Shown: one piece after another, positions 40,431 through 50,671 of the stretch
How the letters are laid out: each line of letters opens with the position of its first letter
How positions within the stretch are numbered: the first letter of the stretch is position 1
Assembly (NCBI GenBank): GCA_033764955.1
Contig: JANRIL010000028.1
Coordinates: forward strand, 15,165-79,164
Source of the DNA: Cyanobacteriota bacterium
GTDB lineage: Bacteria > Cyanobacteriota > Cyanobacteriia > Thermostichales > Thermostichaceae
Length of the DNA stretch: 64,000 nucleotides
Reading direction: 5' to 3'
Made by a program: the position numbers and the translations under genes
The notes under the pieces: model-generated
Databases searched by the model: none
What the model saw: only the letters and a program-made list of their open reading frames with translations
Told to the model about the DNA's origin: nothing

Positions 40431-43400
40431 CTATTCGGTAACGGTTAGTGACTGGCTGCTGCTTTGCCCATACACCTGGGCGGGGTTATACATCTCTTCG
40501 GCGTGGGCAGGGGGGATGGAAAATTGACCAGGGATTTCTGGCCGGAACAGATAGACAAACTCATGGCTGCCGCGGGGCAGTTCGGTGGCAAAGAAGGTGA
40601 TGCGGTTGTCTCGGATCTCTTGATGCGTCCAAAACCAGTCCCAACCATAGCGGGAGGGATCCCCACCATCGGTGAGGGTACGTGGATCTTGAGAGAGCAC
40701 CTCCACGCCACTAGCCAGGGGTTCTTCCAGCATGACGTAGTTGTGATCCTGATCGGAGGTGAGGGTGATTTTGCCCATCAGGGTTGTGCCCGCTGCCACC
40801 GTTCCAGAAAAGGGACGCTCCTCATAAAGAATGCGACCATCCCGTTGTGGTTTGGCTTGCAAACGGAAATAGCGGCGCGTCACCGCTAATCCCTGGGACT
40901 CAGCGGGCAGGGGGGATGTAGGGGGGGTGGGTACAAAGGCTTGCAGATCCAGGCTGGCGTAGAGGGGGCCGGATCCCACCTTTTCCAGTTGCAGGGTTTG
41001 GGATCCCGCCCGTAAGAGGGGGCTATTGAGATCGCGGGGAGTGAGGCGGAGGGTTTGCCGGGGCTGTCCAGGGTTTGCCTGCCATTCGGCTAGGATGGAT
41101 CCTGTCTGGAGATTTTTCAAGCGAACTTGATAGGTGGCGGGATTTTGCTGGCTGAGGGTTTGGGTATAGCGGATCAATCCCATCAGAGCATCAGCACTGG
41201 CTTTGGTGGTTTGCCACGCGGATCCCTGCCGCTGTTGCAGTAGCCAATCGGCAAGCTGGGAGGCGCGTTGATCCCGCAATAGGGTAGCCGCCTCCAGCAA
41301 CGGTCCTGCCACTTCTGCCCCTGCGTAGGTGGGACGCAGCCAGAGGGGACGGATCCCTAAGACTTGGCTAGCCTGCTGAAACCAACGGTAGCCGCTATTG
41401 AGTTGGGCGCTGACCCACACCTGGTCAAAAGAGGCTTGCGCCAGTTGGCGATCTGCCAAGGCTAAAGCAGCTAGGCTGCGATAGGCTATGCCCAGAGTGG
41501 AAAGCTGATCCGTCGGGATCCCCGTCAATCGCGGCAGGCTGCCTTGCTCATAGAGGGCCAAAATATACTCCGCGAAGACTTGCATGTCGGCATCCAGAGC
41601 ATTGTCTCGGTTAGGGGGGGCAGCCACCTGAGTCTGGAGATACGCTAGTCCTCGTTCCACCTGCTCAGGGATGATCGCCTCTCCGTAGCCCGCTTCGGCG
41701 GCTTGTCGATAGCCCAACAAAACATAGCTGGTCAGATAGGGGTTACTGCGGTCATAACGCCACCAGCCCCAGCCCCCATCGGAGTTTTGGCTTTCTTGTA
41801 GACGGCGAATCCCTTGCTGCACCACCTGGGACAACCGTTCTAGTGTGGAGGACTGGAGCGTTAATCCCAGCGCCGATCTGGCCTGATCAATCGCCAATGC
41901 AGGCAAGAAGCGGCTGAGGGTTTGCTCCGTACAGCCATAGGGATAGTCCACCAGATAGTCGAGGGATCCCAGCAAAGAGGCGAGGGGGTTGCTGGCCCAA
42001 TCAATTTGCAAGACAAGGGATCCCGGCACCACGGAATCGGGCAGGGAGAGGGAAATGGTTTGGGTTTGGGATCCTGCCAGCAGAGACCTGCTTTCATGAA
42101 AGCGCCAATCACGACCCAAGGGCTGAGCGGGGATGGTCAGTTGCACGGCATCCTGAAGTTGATCGGCTTGGGCGATCACCCGCACGGTGGTGGCTCCAGC
42201 CGCCAAAACCTGAGTCGGCCAGACAAGCCGCTGGGATCCCTGAGGGGGCAGGCTAATGCGTTGGCTGGGAGCCGTCAAGGGTTGCAGGGTGGAGGGGGTT
42301 TCCAGTTGCACGTTCACCGTCTGCGGCTGATCCGTCTGGTTTTGCACAATCGCAGTCACGCTGAGTTGATCCCCTGTGGAGAGAAAGCGGGGAGTGGCTA
42401 ATCTGACCAGTAAATCCTTGCTGACCTGTAGGGTATGGCGGGCGGATCCCACTTGAGTGGCGGCGGTGGTGGCGCGTGCCGTCAGCCGCCAGGTGGTGAG
42501 ATTGTCTGGCAACGGAACCGGAACAGTGGCTAGTCCCTGACTGTCGGTGACAATCGTGGGGAACCAAGCGGCGGTATCCCGAAAGTTTTGTCGTACCTGA
42601 TTAGCTAATTTGTCCAGCCCCGCGGGATATTGCTGGGGGAAGGAGTAAGCGGTGTTGACGCGGTTATAGCGTTGTTGATAAAAGAAGCGACGAATATCAG
42701 GGGTAGGATCCTCCCGCAGGATGTAAAGGGCGCTATCCACCACCCCCAGGCTGACCTCCGCCGGAATAGGTAGACCCTGGGCATCGCGGGTTGAGATCTG
42801 GATTTGCGCCGTCTCTCCGGGCTGATAGACCTGCCGATCACTCGTCACCTCTACCTGCAAAAAGCGATCCAAAGGAGAGACGCGGATCACCGCTTCCCCC
42901 TGATAAATCTGCCGTTGGGATCCCAGTAGGGTAACCCCATAAAACACATTGGGTCGATAGTTCTCCAGAATGGGCAGGTCAATCTTCGCCACATTGCCCG
43001 CCAATTTTTTGACTTGTGCCTGATAAATCGTTACCCCTTCCACCGTCAACAGGGCATAGGCATCTGGCAACGGCGAGACCACCAATAGGTGGGCAGTATC
43101 CCCCACTTGATAGACCTCTCGATCGGGGATCACCTGAATGCCCTGCTGGGGGCCAGCCCAACGGAAACCGGAGGCATCCGCCTGCGTCACCCAAATGCTG
43201 GTTTGATCCTGCATCATTCCCCCTTGACTGTCCCGTGCCTCCACGATCACCCGATAGTTCCCATTGGGCAGATCGCTAGGTAAGTTGAGGCTAACGGAGC
43301 CTTCCCCACCCTCGGTGCGGAAGGGGCTGGTTAGGAGGGTGCGCTGTTTTTGATAGCGGTTTTGCTTGGCTTCCCACAGCCATTCTTCAATCCGTAGGTT

Positions 43401-45254
43401 GCCCGAACGAATAGAAACGGGTTGCTGATCATAGCCATAGGAGCGGATCCGATAGGTGAGGGGATCCCCTGCGGCGGCCACATACTGATCTCCTTCCACA
43501 AACAGGGCAGCGGATCCCTGGGTAACCCGCAGACGAGCATCACGGCTGACACTACGGCGACTGATATCGGTGACTTCCACTTCAATTCGCAGTTGCTGAA
43601 CGGGAGCGGAGCCAAAATAATCTTCCTCCGACCCCTGCCACTCAAAATCCTTCAACAGGTTAGCGAGGCGAAACCGAGCCAATCCGGTGTCGTCGGTGAT
43701 GGTATCCCCCTCTAGGATCAGCGATCCATAGCCGCCATAGTCATAGCCTCGCTCTCGATCTAACTCATTGCCAAAAAAGTCAGCGGCAGCCGAACGGGGC
43801 AAGACTTGATAGCGAAAACCCCAGTCGGGACTGCGGTAGACGGTATAGTGAACCTGAGCCTGGGCAACGGGGCCACCAAACAGATAATTGGCACGGGCAC
43901 TCACCTCCACGGCGGATCCCTGTTTGACCCAACTCTGATCGGTGGTCACGCTCACATCAAATTCCGGCTTGCGATATTCCTCCACCCGCACAAACGCATA
44001 GGAAGTGGCGGCTTCCGCCTTGATGATCAATTCATAGCTACCCAGTTCCCCATCCGCTGGTAGAGCTACTTCCCCATGCACAGTTCCAAAGCGGCTCACC
44101 GTCAAGGTTTGAGGGGGTAAGGGATCCCCACGCGGCGTTGTGACCTGCACCTCAACTGTTGATCCGGCGGGCACAGGAACCAGGGATCCCTGGCCATCCA
44201 GGCGGCGGAGAATACTGCGGAAATAGACGGTTTGCCCAGGTCGATAGAGGGGGCGGTCGGTGTAGGTATAGATGGAGTATTGGTCGGTGGATCCGCCATA
44301 GTAATAACTGCTGGCTAGGGCTTCCCAGTTTTGCTCCGCTAGCCGACCATAGACCAAAAACTGGCTTTGATCCCGCCGCTGTTGAGGAATCAGGATTTGC
44401 GTGAGACCGGAAGCATCAGTGGTTGCCCGTAAGGGGGGTTGGGTTAAATCGTCCTGTCCATACACCCGCACCTCCACATTGGGGATGGGTTGTAAGGTAG
44501 CGAGGTCGACCGCCTCCACCACCATGCGATCGCTGGCCTGTTTTTGGATCAAGCCCAGATCGGTAATGGTGAAGATCAGACCAGCCGTCAGCGGTTTCTC
44601 GGTCTCCAGGTTGGCTTGGGCGCGCAGGGTATAGGATCCCACCTCCAAATCGGGCAAATCCAGGGTAATGGCTGACCAGGCATCTTCTCCTATGGGCAGG
44701 GGTTGTTGCCAGGTGCGAATCGGCTGAGCCGTAATCCCCTCCATCAAGCCATACCCATAGGGATCCGCCAATTCCCGCAGCTCGTCACTACCCAGATAGT
44801 CCTGGATCTGGAAGCGAGCCAACTGCAACTGCACCGACTCAATCCCTGAGGCGCGCAGATTGATTTGGGGTTCTTCCTGGCGAGTAAAGACTTGGCTGGT
44901 AAAGGAAAAGTAAAGGGCGGGGGTGAGGGCGGTTAAGGACGTGGCGGGTAACTCCAGTTGTTGCCCTTCTTTCACCCTCACCTGTTCTTGAATAACGGTG
45001 GATTCATAACCCTGGGCGGTTGCCCGCACCCGATAGGATCCCTGGGGCAGTTGGCGAATGGTAAAGCGTCCATCCTTGCCAACATGCACCCCCCGCACCA
45101 CCGGACCATAGGCAATCGCCTGAATATCGGCGGCGGGTTGATCGGCAGCCAGCACCACCTGCCCACTCAGAGATCCCCTAGGAGGTTCTGCCATAATCAC
45201 GGCGGATCCCAACCCCAAGAGCAGCAGCAACGCCAGCAACCATCGTCCCAGCAT
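40431..45254 (-). CDS. Bacterial alpha-2-macroglobulin
   Basis: TDRPLYRPGQ, EEYRKPEF, PDNLTTW, thioester motif YPYGCTEQ, MY.P. Confidence 0.93.
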   Translation of the reverse strand: MLGRWLLALLLLLGLGSAVIMAEPPRGSLSGQVVLAADQPAADIQAIAYGPVVRGVHVGKDGRFTIRQLPQGSYRVRATAQGYESTVIQEQVRVKEGQQLELPATSLTALTPALYFSFTSQVFTRQEEPQINLRASGIESVQLQLARFQIQDYLGSDELRELADPYGYGLMEGITAQPIRTWQQPLPIGEDAWSAITLDLPDLEVGSYTLRAQANLETEKPLTAGLIFTITDLGLIQKQASDRMVVEAVDLATLQPIPNVEVRVYGQDDLTQPPLRATTDASGLTQILIPQQRRDQSQFLVYGRLAEQNWEALASSYYYGGSTDQYSIYTYTDRPLYRPGQTVYFRSILRRLDGQGSLVPVPAGSTVEVQVTTPRGDPLPPQTLTVSRFGTVHGEVALPADGELGSYELIIKAEAATSYAFVRVEEYRKPEFDVSVTTDQSWVKQGSAVEVSARANYLFGGPVAQAQVHYTVYRSPDWGFRYQVLPRSAAADFFGNELDRERGYDYGGYGSLILEGDTITDDTGLARFRLANLLKDFEWQGSEEDYFGSAPVQQLRIEVEVTDISRRSVSRDARLRVTQGSAALFVEGDQYVAAAGDPLTYRIRSYGYDQQPVSIRSGNLRIEEWLWEAKQNRYQKQRTLLTSPFRTEGGEGSVSLNLPSDLPNGNYRVIVEARDSQGGMMQDQTSIWVTQADASGFRWAGPQQGIQVIPDREVYQVGDTAHLLVVSPLPDAYALLTVEGVTIYQAQVKKLAGNVAKIDLPILENYRPNVFYGVTLLGSQRQIYQGEAVIRVSPLDRFLQVEVTSDRQVYQPGETAQIQISTRDAQGLPIPAEVSLGVVDSALYILREDPTPDIRRFFYQQRYNRVNTAYSFPQQYPAGLDKLANQVRQNFRDTAAWFPTIVTDSQGLATVPVPLPDNLTTWRLTARATTAATQVGSARHTLQVSKDLLVRLATPRFLSTGDQLSVTAIVQNQTDQPQTVNVQLETPSTLQPLTAPSQRISLPPQGSQRLVWPTQVLAAGATTVRVIAQADQLQDAVQLTIPAQPLGRDWRFHESRSLLAGSQTQTISLSLPDSVVPGSLVLQIDWASNPLASLLGSLDYLVDYPYGCTEQTLSRFLPALAIDQARSALGLTLQSSTLERLSQVVQQGIRRLQESQNSDGGWGWWRYDRSNPYLTSYVLLGYRQAAEAGYGEAIIPEQVERGLAYLQTQVAAPPNRDNALDADMQVFAEYILALYEQGSLPRLTGIPTDQLSTLGIAYRSLAALALADRQLAQASFDQVWVSAQLNSGYRWFQQASQVLGIRPLWLRPTYAGAEVAGPLLEAATLLRDQRASQLADWLLQQRQGSAWQTTKASADALMGLIRYTQTLSQQNPATYQVRLKNLQTGSILAEWQANPGQPRQTLRLTPRDLNSPLLRAGSQTLQLEKVGSGPLYASLDLQAFVPTPPTSPLPAESQGLAVTRRYFRLQAKPQRDGRILYEERPFSGTVAAGTTLMGKITLTSDQDHNYVMLEEPLASGVEVLSQDPRTLTDGGDPSRYGWDWFWTHQEIRDNRITFFATELPRGSHEFVYLFRPEIPGQFSIPPAHAEEMYNPAQVYGQSSSQSLTVTE

Positions 45255-45256
45255 AG

Positions 45257-45604
45257 CTACCTCACCAAGCCATAGGTTTGAAACAACGCCGGATAACCCA
45301 GAGCCACCACTATCAACAGCGCCAAGAGGGGCAAAACGCCCAGCAAAAGATGGGTCAAGCGTTCCACCTCAACCGTAGCAGGCAGCCGCCAATAGGCAAC
45401 GCTCCCTACCCCAAGCAGGGATCCGACAAGGACTAATGAAATCGGCTGACCCATCACTTGACTAGTCGCCAAAACAAAAGCAGTCAATCCGGGCAGTTCA
45501 CCCCTTAACCCTTCTTGATAGAGAGCTTGTAGGTAGGGAGCCACACCGATCAACAAAACCCCATTGATCGCGGTCAAGACCAGAACTAACACTCGCTTTC
45601 CCAT
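45257..45604 (-). CDS. Small 3-TM protein resembling PilC membrane segments
   Basis: GELPGLTAFVLATS resembles PilC GELPAFTQFFLTIS; C-terminus resembles the PilC C-terminus. Confidence 0.65.
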   Translation of the reverse strand: MGKRVLVLVLTAINGVLLIGVAPYLQALYQEGLRGELPGLTAFVLATSQVMGQPISLVLVGSLLGVGSVAYWRLPATVEVERLTHLLLGVLPLLALLIVVALGYPALFQTYGLVR

Positions 45605-45667
45605 GATGCTATGGCCGTAGCTCGAGCACCGACATGGATCCCTTAAGTATTTGAGTATTTATTTACC

Positions 45668-46888
45668 TTACTTAACCAATTCAAACACCTTAAACATCGG
45701 CAGATACATCGCCACGATAATGCAGCCCACCATGCCCCCCAGCACCGCGATCATCAACGGCTCCATCAAACTGGTCAAGGCTTTTACGGCTTGCTCCACT
45801 TCTAGCTCATAAAAGTCAGCCGTCTTCATGAGCATGGCATCCAGTTCCCCCGTCTCTTCACCCACGCTGATCATCTGCACTGCCATAATCGGGAATACCT
45901 TGGCTTTGTCAATGGCGGGAGCAATTTGTCCCCCTTCCGAAATGGCCTGACGGGAGGCATCCACCGCATTAGCGATTACCTGATTCCCTGCTGTATCCCG
46001 CACAATCTCTAGGGAGGTCAAAACGGGCACACCAGAGCGGGTCAACGCACCGAATGTCCGGCAAAAGCGAGCCACTGCTGTCTTTTGAATCAGGTCACCA
46101 AAAATCGGCAGCTTGAGAGAAAGGGCATCAATCGTCTCTCTACCCGCCGGAGTGGAATAAAAGCGCCGATAGGCAAACCCCAGCGCCACCAAGAAGCCCA
46201 CCAACCCCAAGCTGTATTGGGGAGTCCGCAAAAACTTACTGATCGTTAGGAAAAACTGAGTAAAGGCGGGCAATTCTCCTCCCAATTCCTCAAAGATGCC
46301 CTCAAAGGTAGGCAAGATGAAAATTACCATCCCCAAAAAAATCAGGGTAGCCAAAATAGTTACGGTTACCGGATAAGCCATTGCCGATTTGATCTGTTTG
46401 GCTAGTTTGTCCATATCCTCCAATAACTTGGCCAGACGGTTGAGCACTTCATCAAGCACACCGCCGACTTCCCCCGCCTGCACCATGCTGCAATACAAGC
46501 CGTCAAAGGCATCGGGGTAAGGGCGAATCGAGTCCGAGAGGTTTTTGCCCGACTCTACATCCGCCCGCACCGCCTTCAAATATTTCTTTAATTTGGGATT
46601 GGTGGTTTGCTCAGTCATGATCGTGAGGGAACGCACCATCGACACCCCTGCGTTGATCAAAGCGGCAAACTGGCGGGAAAACACCGCCTTGTCCCGCACA
46701 TCCACCGTGCCCAAATCAATGGAAGAAAGATTGAAGGCAAAGGGGTTTTTCACCTCTTGAATATCTTCGTTTTTGGCGTAAATACCCTGCTGGCGCAACA
46801 ACGAGCGGGCTGCCGTGAGAGACTCTGCTGTAATCGTTTTCCGCACGGGTTGACCAGCCTGTAACCCTCGAACCTGAAACTTTGGCAT
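45668..46888 (-). CDS. pilC: Type IV pilus platform protein
   Basis: Two T2SF domains, AGEVGG, GEETG, MYLPMF. Confidence 0.95.
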   Translation of the reverse strand: MPKFQVRGLQAGQPVRKTITAESLTAARSLLRQQGIYAKNEDIQEVKNPFAFNLSSIDLGTVDVRDKAVFSRQFAALINAGVSMVRSLTIMTEQTTNPKLKKYLKAVRADVESGKNLSDSIRPYPDAFDGLYCSMVQAGEVGGVLDEVLNRLAKLLEDMDKLAKQIKSAMAYPVTVTILATLIFLGMVIFILPTFEGIFEELGGELPAFTQFFLTISKFLRTPQYSLGLVGFLVALGFAYRRFYSTPAGRETIDALSLKLPIFGDLIQKTAVARFCRTFGALTRSGVPVLTSLEIVRDTAGNQVIANAVDASRQAISEGGQIAPAIDKAKVFPIMAVQMISVGEETGELDAMLMKTADFYELEVEQAVKALTSLMEPLMIAVLGGMVGCIIVAMYLPMFKVFELVK

Positions 46889-47142
46889 ACCGTCATCCTG
46901 TGTATATCTGATTGCTAGGGGATCCCTATCCAGGCTCCCGACATCAAACCCATTCACCCAAGTCAGCCATCGGTTGTACGGCCAAGCCGCCATCCTTAGC
47001 TAGAGCTTAGCCATAATCTTTTGTTTTTGCATCCTGCTGACTTAGAAATTCACCGAATAGGCTAAATCAACCCACAAAGTAGATCTGCCGCGGGATCCCC
47101 AAATAAATCAGCAGGATTTGAGCAATGCGAGGTCGTCAGGGG

Positions 47143-48261
47143 TTAGCGACGTCCCGCCATCTGGGGATTTTGAGCCGCTTGTACCACCGAGGCTCCTAAC
47201 AGGCGTTGCAGTTCCTCTGGGCGGGAGGTTTTGGACATGGCGACATCAAAGCTAATCTTGCCATCGATGTAGAGATCCGCTAGATCCCGCTCCAGAGTCT
47301 TCATGCCCAACTTACCCCCTGTTTGAATGGCGGAATAAATTTGAGCGGTTTTGCCTTCTCGAATGAGGTTGGCAATAGCAGGGGTAACGATCATAATCTC
47401 TTGCACTAAAACCCGTCCCCGTTCACCGGGCTTGGGGTTGAGGCGAGTGGCTAGCGTTTGGGTAAATACCGCCCGCAGCGAGTTGGATAGCTGCACCCGA
47501 ATTTGTTGCTGCTGTTCGGGGGGAAACACATCCACCAGACGGTCAACGGTTTGAGCCGCAGAACTGGTGTGAACCGTGGCGAAGCAAAGGTGTCCAGTTT
47601 CTGAGGCGGTGATGGCTAGCTGAATGGTTTCTAGGTCGCGCATCTCCCCAATCAGGACTACATCAGGATCCTCCCGCATGGCGGCTTTCAGGGCATTGGC
47701 AAAACTTTTGGTGTCTTCCCCCAGTTGCCGTTGATGGACGATGCTTTTGATCGGGGTATAGACATATTCAATCGGATCTTCGATGGTCAAGATGTGTTCG
47801 GCTCGCTCGCGGTTGATCATGTCGATCATGGAGGCGAGGGTGGTGGTTTTACCGGATCCAGTGGGTCCTGTTACCAGCACCAAGCCTCTGGGAATCTTCG
47901 CCATCTCTTTACAAATGTCCGGTAGACCCATTTTGTCGATATGGGGAATTTCGGTGGAAAGGGCACGCATGGCACAGGCGTAGGTTCCCCGATCTTTATA
48001 GACATTCACCCGAAAGCGCCCGATGCCCCGCACGCCATAGGAACAGTCCAATTCCCAATTTTGCTCCAACATCTTGCGCTGAGTATTGTTGAGCATACTG
48101 AAAATCATCTTCTGCACTTCTTCCGGTGTCAGGGGATCATGCTCAGTTGGCTCTAGGTGACCGTTCACCCGCAAATAGGGGGGCAAGCCACAGGAAATAT
48201 GGATATCGGAACCGCCCTTTTGCACAACGGCTTCCATCAAGTCTTCAATCATCAAAACCAT
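47143..48261 (-). CDS. pilT: Type IV pilus retraction ATPase
   Basis: GPTGSGKT, TIEDPIE, REDPD, ANLIRE. Confidence 0.96.
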   Translation of the reverse strand: MVLMIEDLMEAVVQKGGSDIHISCGLPPYLRVNGHLEPTEHDPLTPEEVQKMIFSMLNNTQRKMLEQNWELDCSYGVRGIGRFRVNVYKDRGTYACAMRALSTEIPHIDKMGLPDICKEMAKIPRGLVLVTGPTGSGKTTTLASMIDMINRERAEHILTIEDPIEYVYTPIKSIVHQRQLGEDTKSFANALKAAMREDPDVVLIGEMRDLETIQLAITASETGHLCFATVHTSSAAQTVDRLVDVFPPEQQQQIRVQLSNSLRAVFTQTLATRLNPKPGERGRVLVQEIMIVTPAIANLIREGKTAQIYSAIQTGGKLGMKTLERDLADLYIDGKISFDVAMSKTSRPEELQRLLGASVVQAAQNPQMAGRR

Positions 48262-48395
48262 GAGACTATCTCCAAAATGAGCGAGGGTAGGTTGGGGTGG
48301 TTGGGTTCACCAGTTGGGTTTCATCACTATAGGGGCTGGGCAGCAGGGATCCCCTGAAATTCAACAAAATCAAAGGGATCCCTATCCAGCCTGGG

Positions 48396-50444
48396 TTAAA
48401 TAAACTTGGGAGTGAGACAGTAGGGACAGTCCATCCATTCCAGATGGAGGGCAGCTCCACAGGTGCGACAGGTACTCAGGCTCTTGGCTTTTGCCTTCAG
48501 CTCGCTTTCTAGACCTTTGTCGGTGAGAGTGACGCGATCCACTTCTTCGAGGGTGGTGTGGCCTTGTTTGACCAACATGAGGCTGTAGGCCAAGAGGGTC
48601 TTCATGCCCGATTCTACGGCAGCTTCTTTGATCACTTCGGTGGGAGCCTCTTTGTTGATCAAATCGGCAAGCCGATCATTCATCCGCATAAACTCATAGA
48701 CCCCAACGCGGCCTTTGTAGCCCACCCCGTTGCACTTTTCGCAGATGGGCTTGCCCGTTGCTTTATGCTGCTCCACCTCCTTAGGATTGAGTTTATTGGC
48801 TCGGTAGAAAGTAATTTGTTCGGTGCTACCGGAGCTAGATAATCCATAGCGAGCCAGTTCTTCTTGGGTGGGATGATAGGGGATACGGCACTCACTACAA
48901 ACCCGCCGCATCAAGCGCTGAGCCAATACCCCCAGCAAGGAGCTGGAAATCATGAAGGGTTCAATCCCCATTTCCGTCAGACGGGCAATCGCTCCGGGGG
49001 CATCATTGGTATGGAGGGTGGTTAAGACTAAGTGCCCAGTCAAGGAGGCTTCAATAGCGGTTTTGGCGGTCTCTAGGTCACGGGTCTCTCCCACCAAGAT
49101 GACATCGGGATCCTGTCGTAGAAAGGCACGGAGGATCTTGGCAAAGTCCATGCCCTTTTCGCGGATCACCTGCACCTGGGTCAGACCGGGCAAGGAATAT
49201 TCAATTGGATCCTCGGCGGTGCTGATGTTCACTCCGGGATCGTTGACTTCCGCCAGAGCGGAATAGAGGGAGGTGGTTTTGCCGGATCCCGTTGGCCCTG
49301 TTACCAAAATCAGGCCAAAGGGACGACGGACAATCTCTTTGAAGCCCTCTAGTGTTTCCACATCCGTAATCAGTTTGTCGAGACCCAGTTGGGTGGCGGA
49401 GTTATCCAAAATCCGCATGACAATTTTTTCGCCATAGCGGGAGGGTAATGTGCTCACCCGAAAGTCAACTTTTCGTCCCTTGAAAACACGGCGGATCCGG
49501 CCATCCTGAGGACTACGGCGTTCGGCAATATTCAGGTTAGAGATAATTTTGAAGCGAGCCGTCAGAGCCGGAATGATCTTTTTGGGCAGTTCATCAAAGG
49601 CTTGCCGCAACACGCCATCTTTGCGGAAGCGAATCCGCAGCGATTCTTCCTGAGGCTCAATGTGAATATCAGATGTGCCTTCTTGGAGAGCCTTGATCAA
49701 AATCTGGTTGGCTAGCTTGACGATGGGAGCATCGTCTGCCGACTTCATTTGTTGTTCGAGAGAGGAGCCTTCGTTGCTATCCTCCGCCGTCATATCTTCG
49801 ATCGCGTCGAGGTCGATATCTTCGGCTTTCCCCGTCACCACCACCTCTTCTGAGTCTTCTTTGACTTGGGTGGCGGCTTTTACGGCGATGGCGTCTGCCT
49901 GGATATCCAGGTAGCGGGACATGAGGGCTTCAAAGTCGCTGGGGGTGAAAACCCGTCGTTGCCATTTCAAATTTTGCGAGCGCAACCGTCGATCGATATC
50001 ATCTCGGGCTTCTAGGTCATCCGGTCTGACCATCGCCACGGTGAGAAGGTTATTGTCCAAACTGACCGGCAACAGTCGAAAGCGGTTACACACATCGAGG
50101 GGCAAGTATTTTTCCATCAGTTCCGCCATGGCGGTCGGGTTGATCGGTTCCCGATCCAGATCGATGGAGGCTAATCCGTAGATAATTTTTAATTCAAAAA
50201 GCTGCTGGCGTTTATAGGCACGTTCTAGTTCGGGGGTCAGTTCTTTGCCGGTTACCTCCGCGATGATCATCGCTAGATTACCGCCCTTCTCCTTTTGAAT
50301 TTTGTAGGCGGTCTGAATTTGGACGTTATCGGCAAAACCAGTGTTGGCAAGAGCCAAGGCAAAGGGATCCTTAGCTTGACCGACGACAATAGCGGTATTA
50401 GCTTTCTGGGAGCGCCGCGAAAAGGTTGGGAGTGCTTCAGTCAT
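48396..50444 (-). CDS. pilB: Type IV pilus assembly ATPase with cyanobacterial C-terminal Cys motif
   Basis: SDIHIEP, PQDGR, GPTGSGKT, RQDPD; C-terminal CRTC...CPYC. Confidence 0.96.
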   Translation of the reverse strand: MTEALPTFSRRSQKANTAIVVGQAKDPFALALANTGFADNVQIQTAYKIQKEKGGNLAMIIAEVTGKELTPELERAYKRQQLFELKIIYGLASIDLDREPINPTAMAELMEKYLPLDVCNRFRLLPVSLDNNLLTVAMVRPDDLEARDDIDRRLRSQNLKWQRRVFTPSDFEALMSRYLDIQADAIAVKAATQVKEDSEEVVVTGKAEDIDLDAIEDMTAEDSNEGSSLEQQMKSADDAPIVKLANQILIKALQEGTSDIHIEPQEESLRIRFRKDGVLRQAFDELPKKIIPALTARFKIISNLNIAERRSPQDGRIRRVFKGRKVDFRVSTLPSRYGEKIVMRILDNSATQLGLDKLITDVETLEGFKEIVRRPFGLILVTGPTGSGKTTSLYSALAEVNDPGVNISTAEDPIEYSLPGLTQVQVIREKGMDFAKILRAFLRQDPDVILVGETRDLETAKTAIEASLTGHLVLTTLHTNDAPGAIARLTEMGIEPFMISSSLLGVLAQRLMRRVCSECRIPYHPTQEELARYGLSSSGSTEQITFYRANKLNPKEVEQHKATGKPICEKCNGVGYKGRVGVYEFMRMNDRLADLINKEAPTEVIKEAAVESGMKTLLAYSLMLVKQGHTTLEEVDRVTLTDKGLESELKAKAKSLSTCRTCGAALHLEWMDCPYCLTPKFI

Positions 50445-50671
50445 AAGTGCCCACAAGATTTAACTTTAATTTTACTAATTTCACGGTAACGAGTTTGTTG
50501 GGAGCCAGTTAGTCGGGTGATAAGTCCGGTCATGAGCCTGGTCATGGGTGGAAACTTGCAGCCTGTTGCCTATACTATGCCCCAAAGTAGACTAGATGAC
50601 ACGGATACGTTGGTAAATCGATAGATAGATCTCCAACGCTTTCCAGCTCCTTCCTCCCAGGTTTTTTGCCC

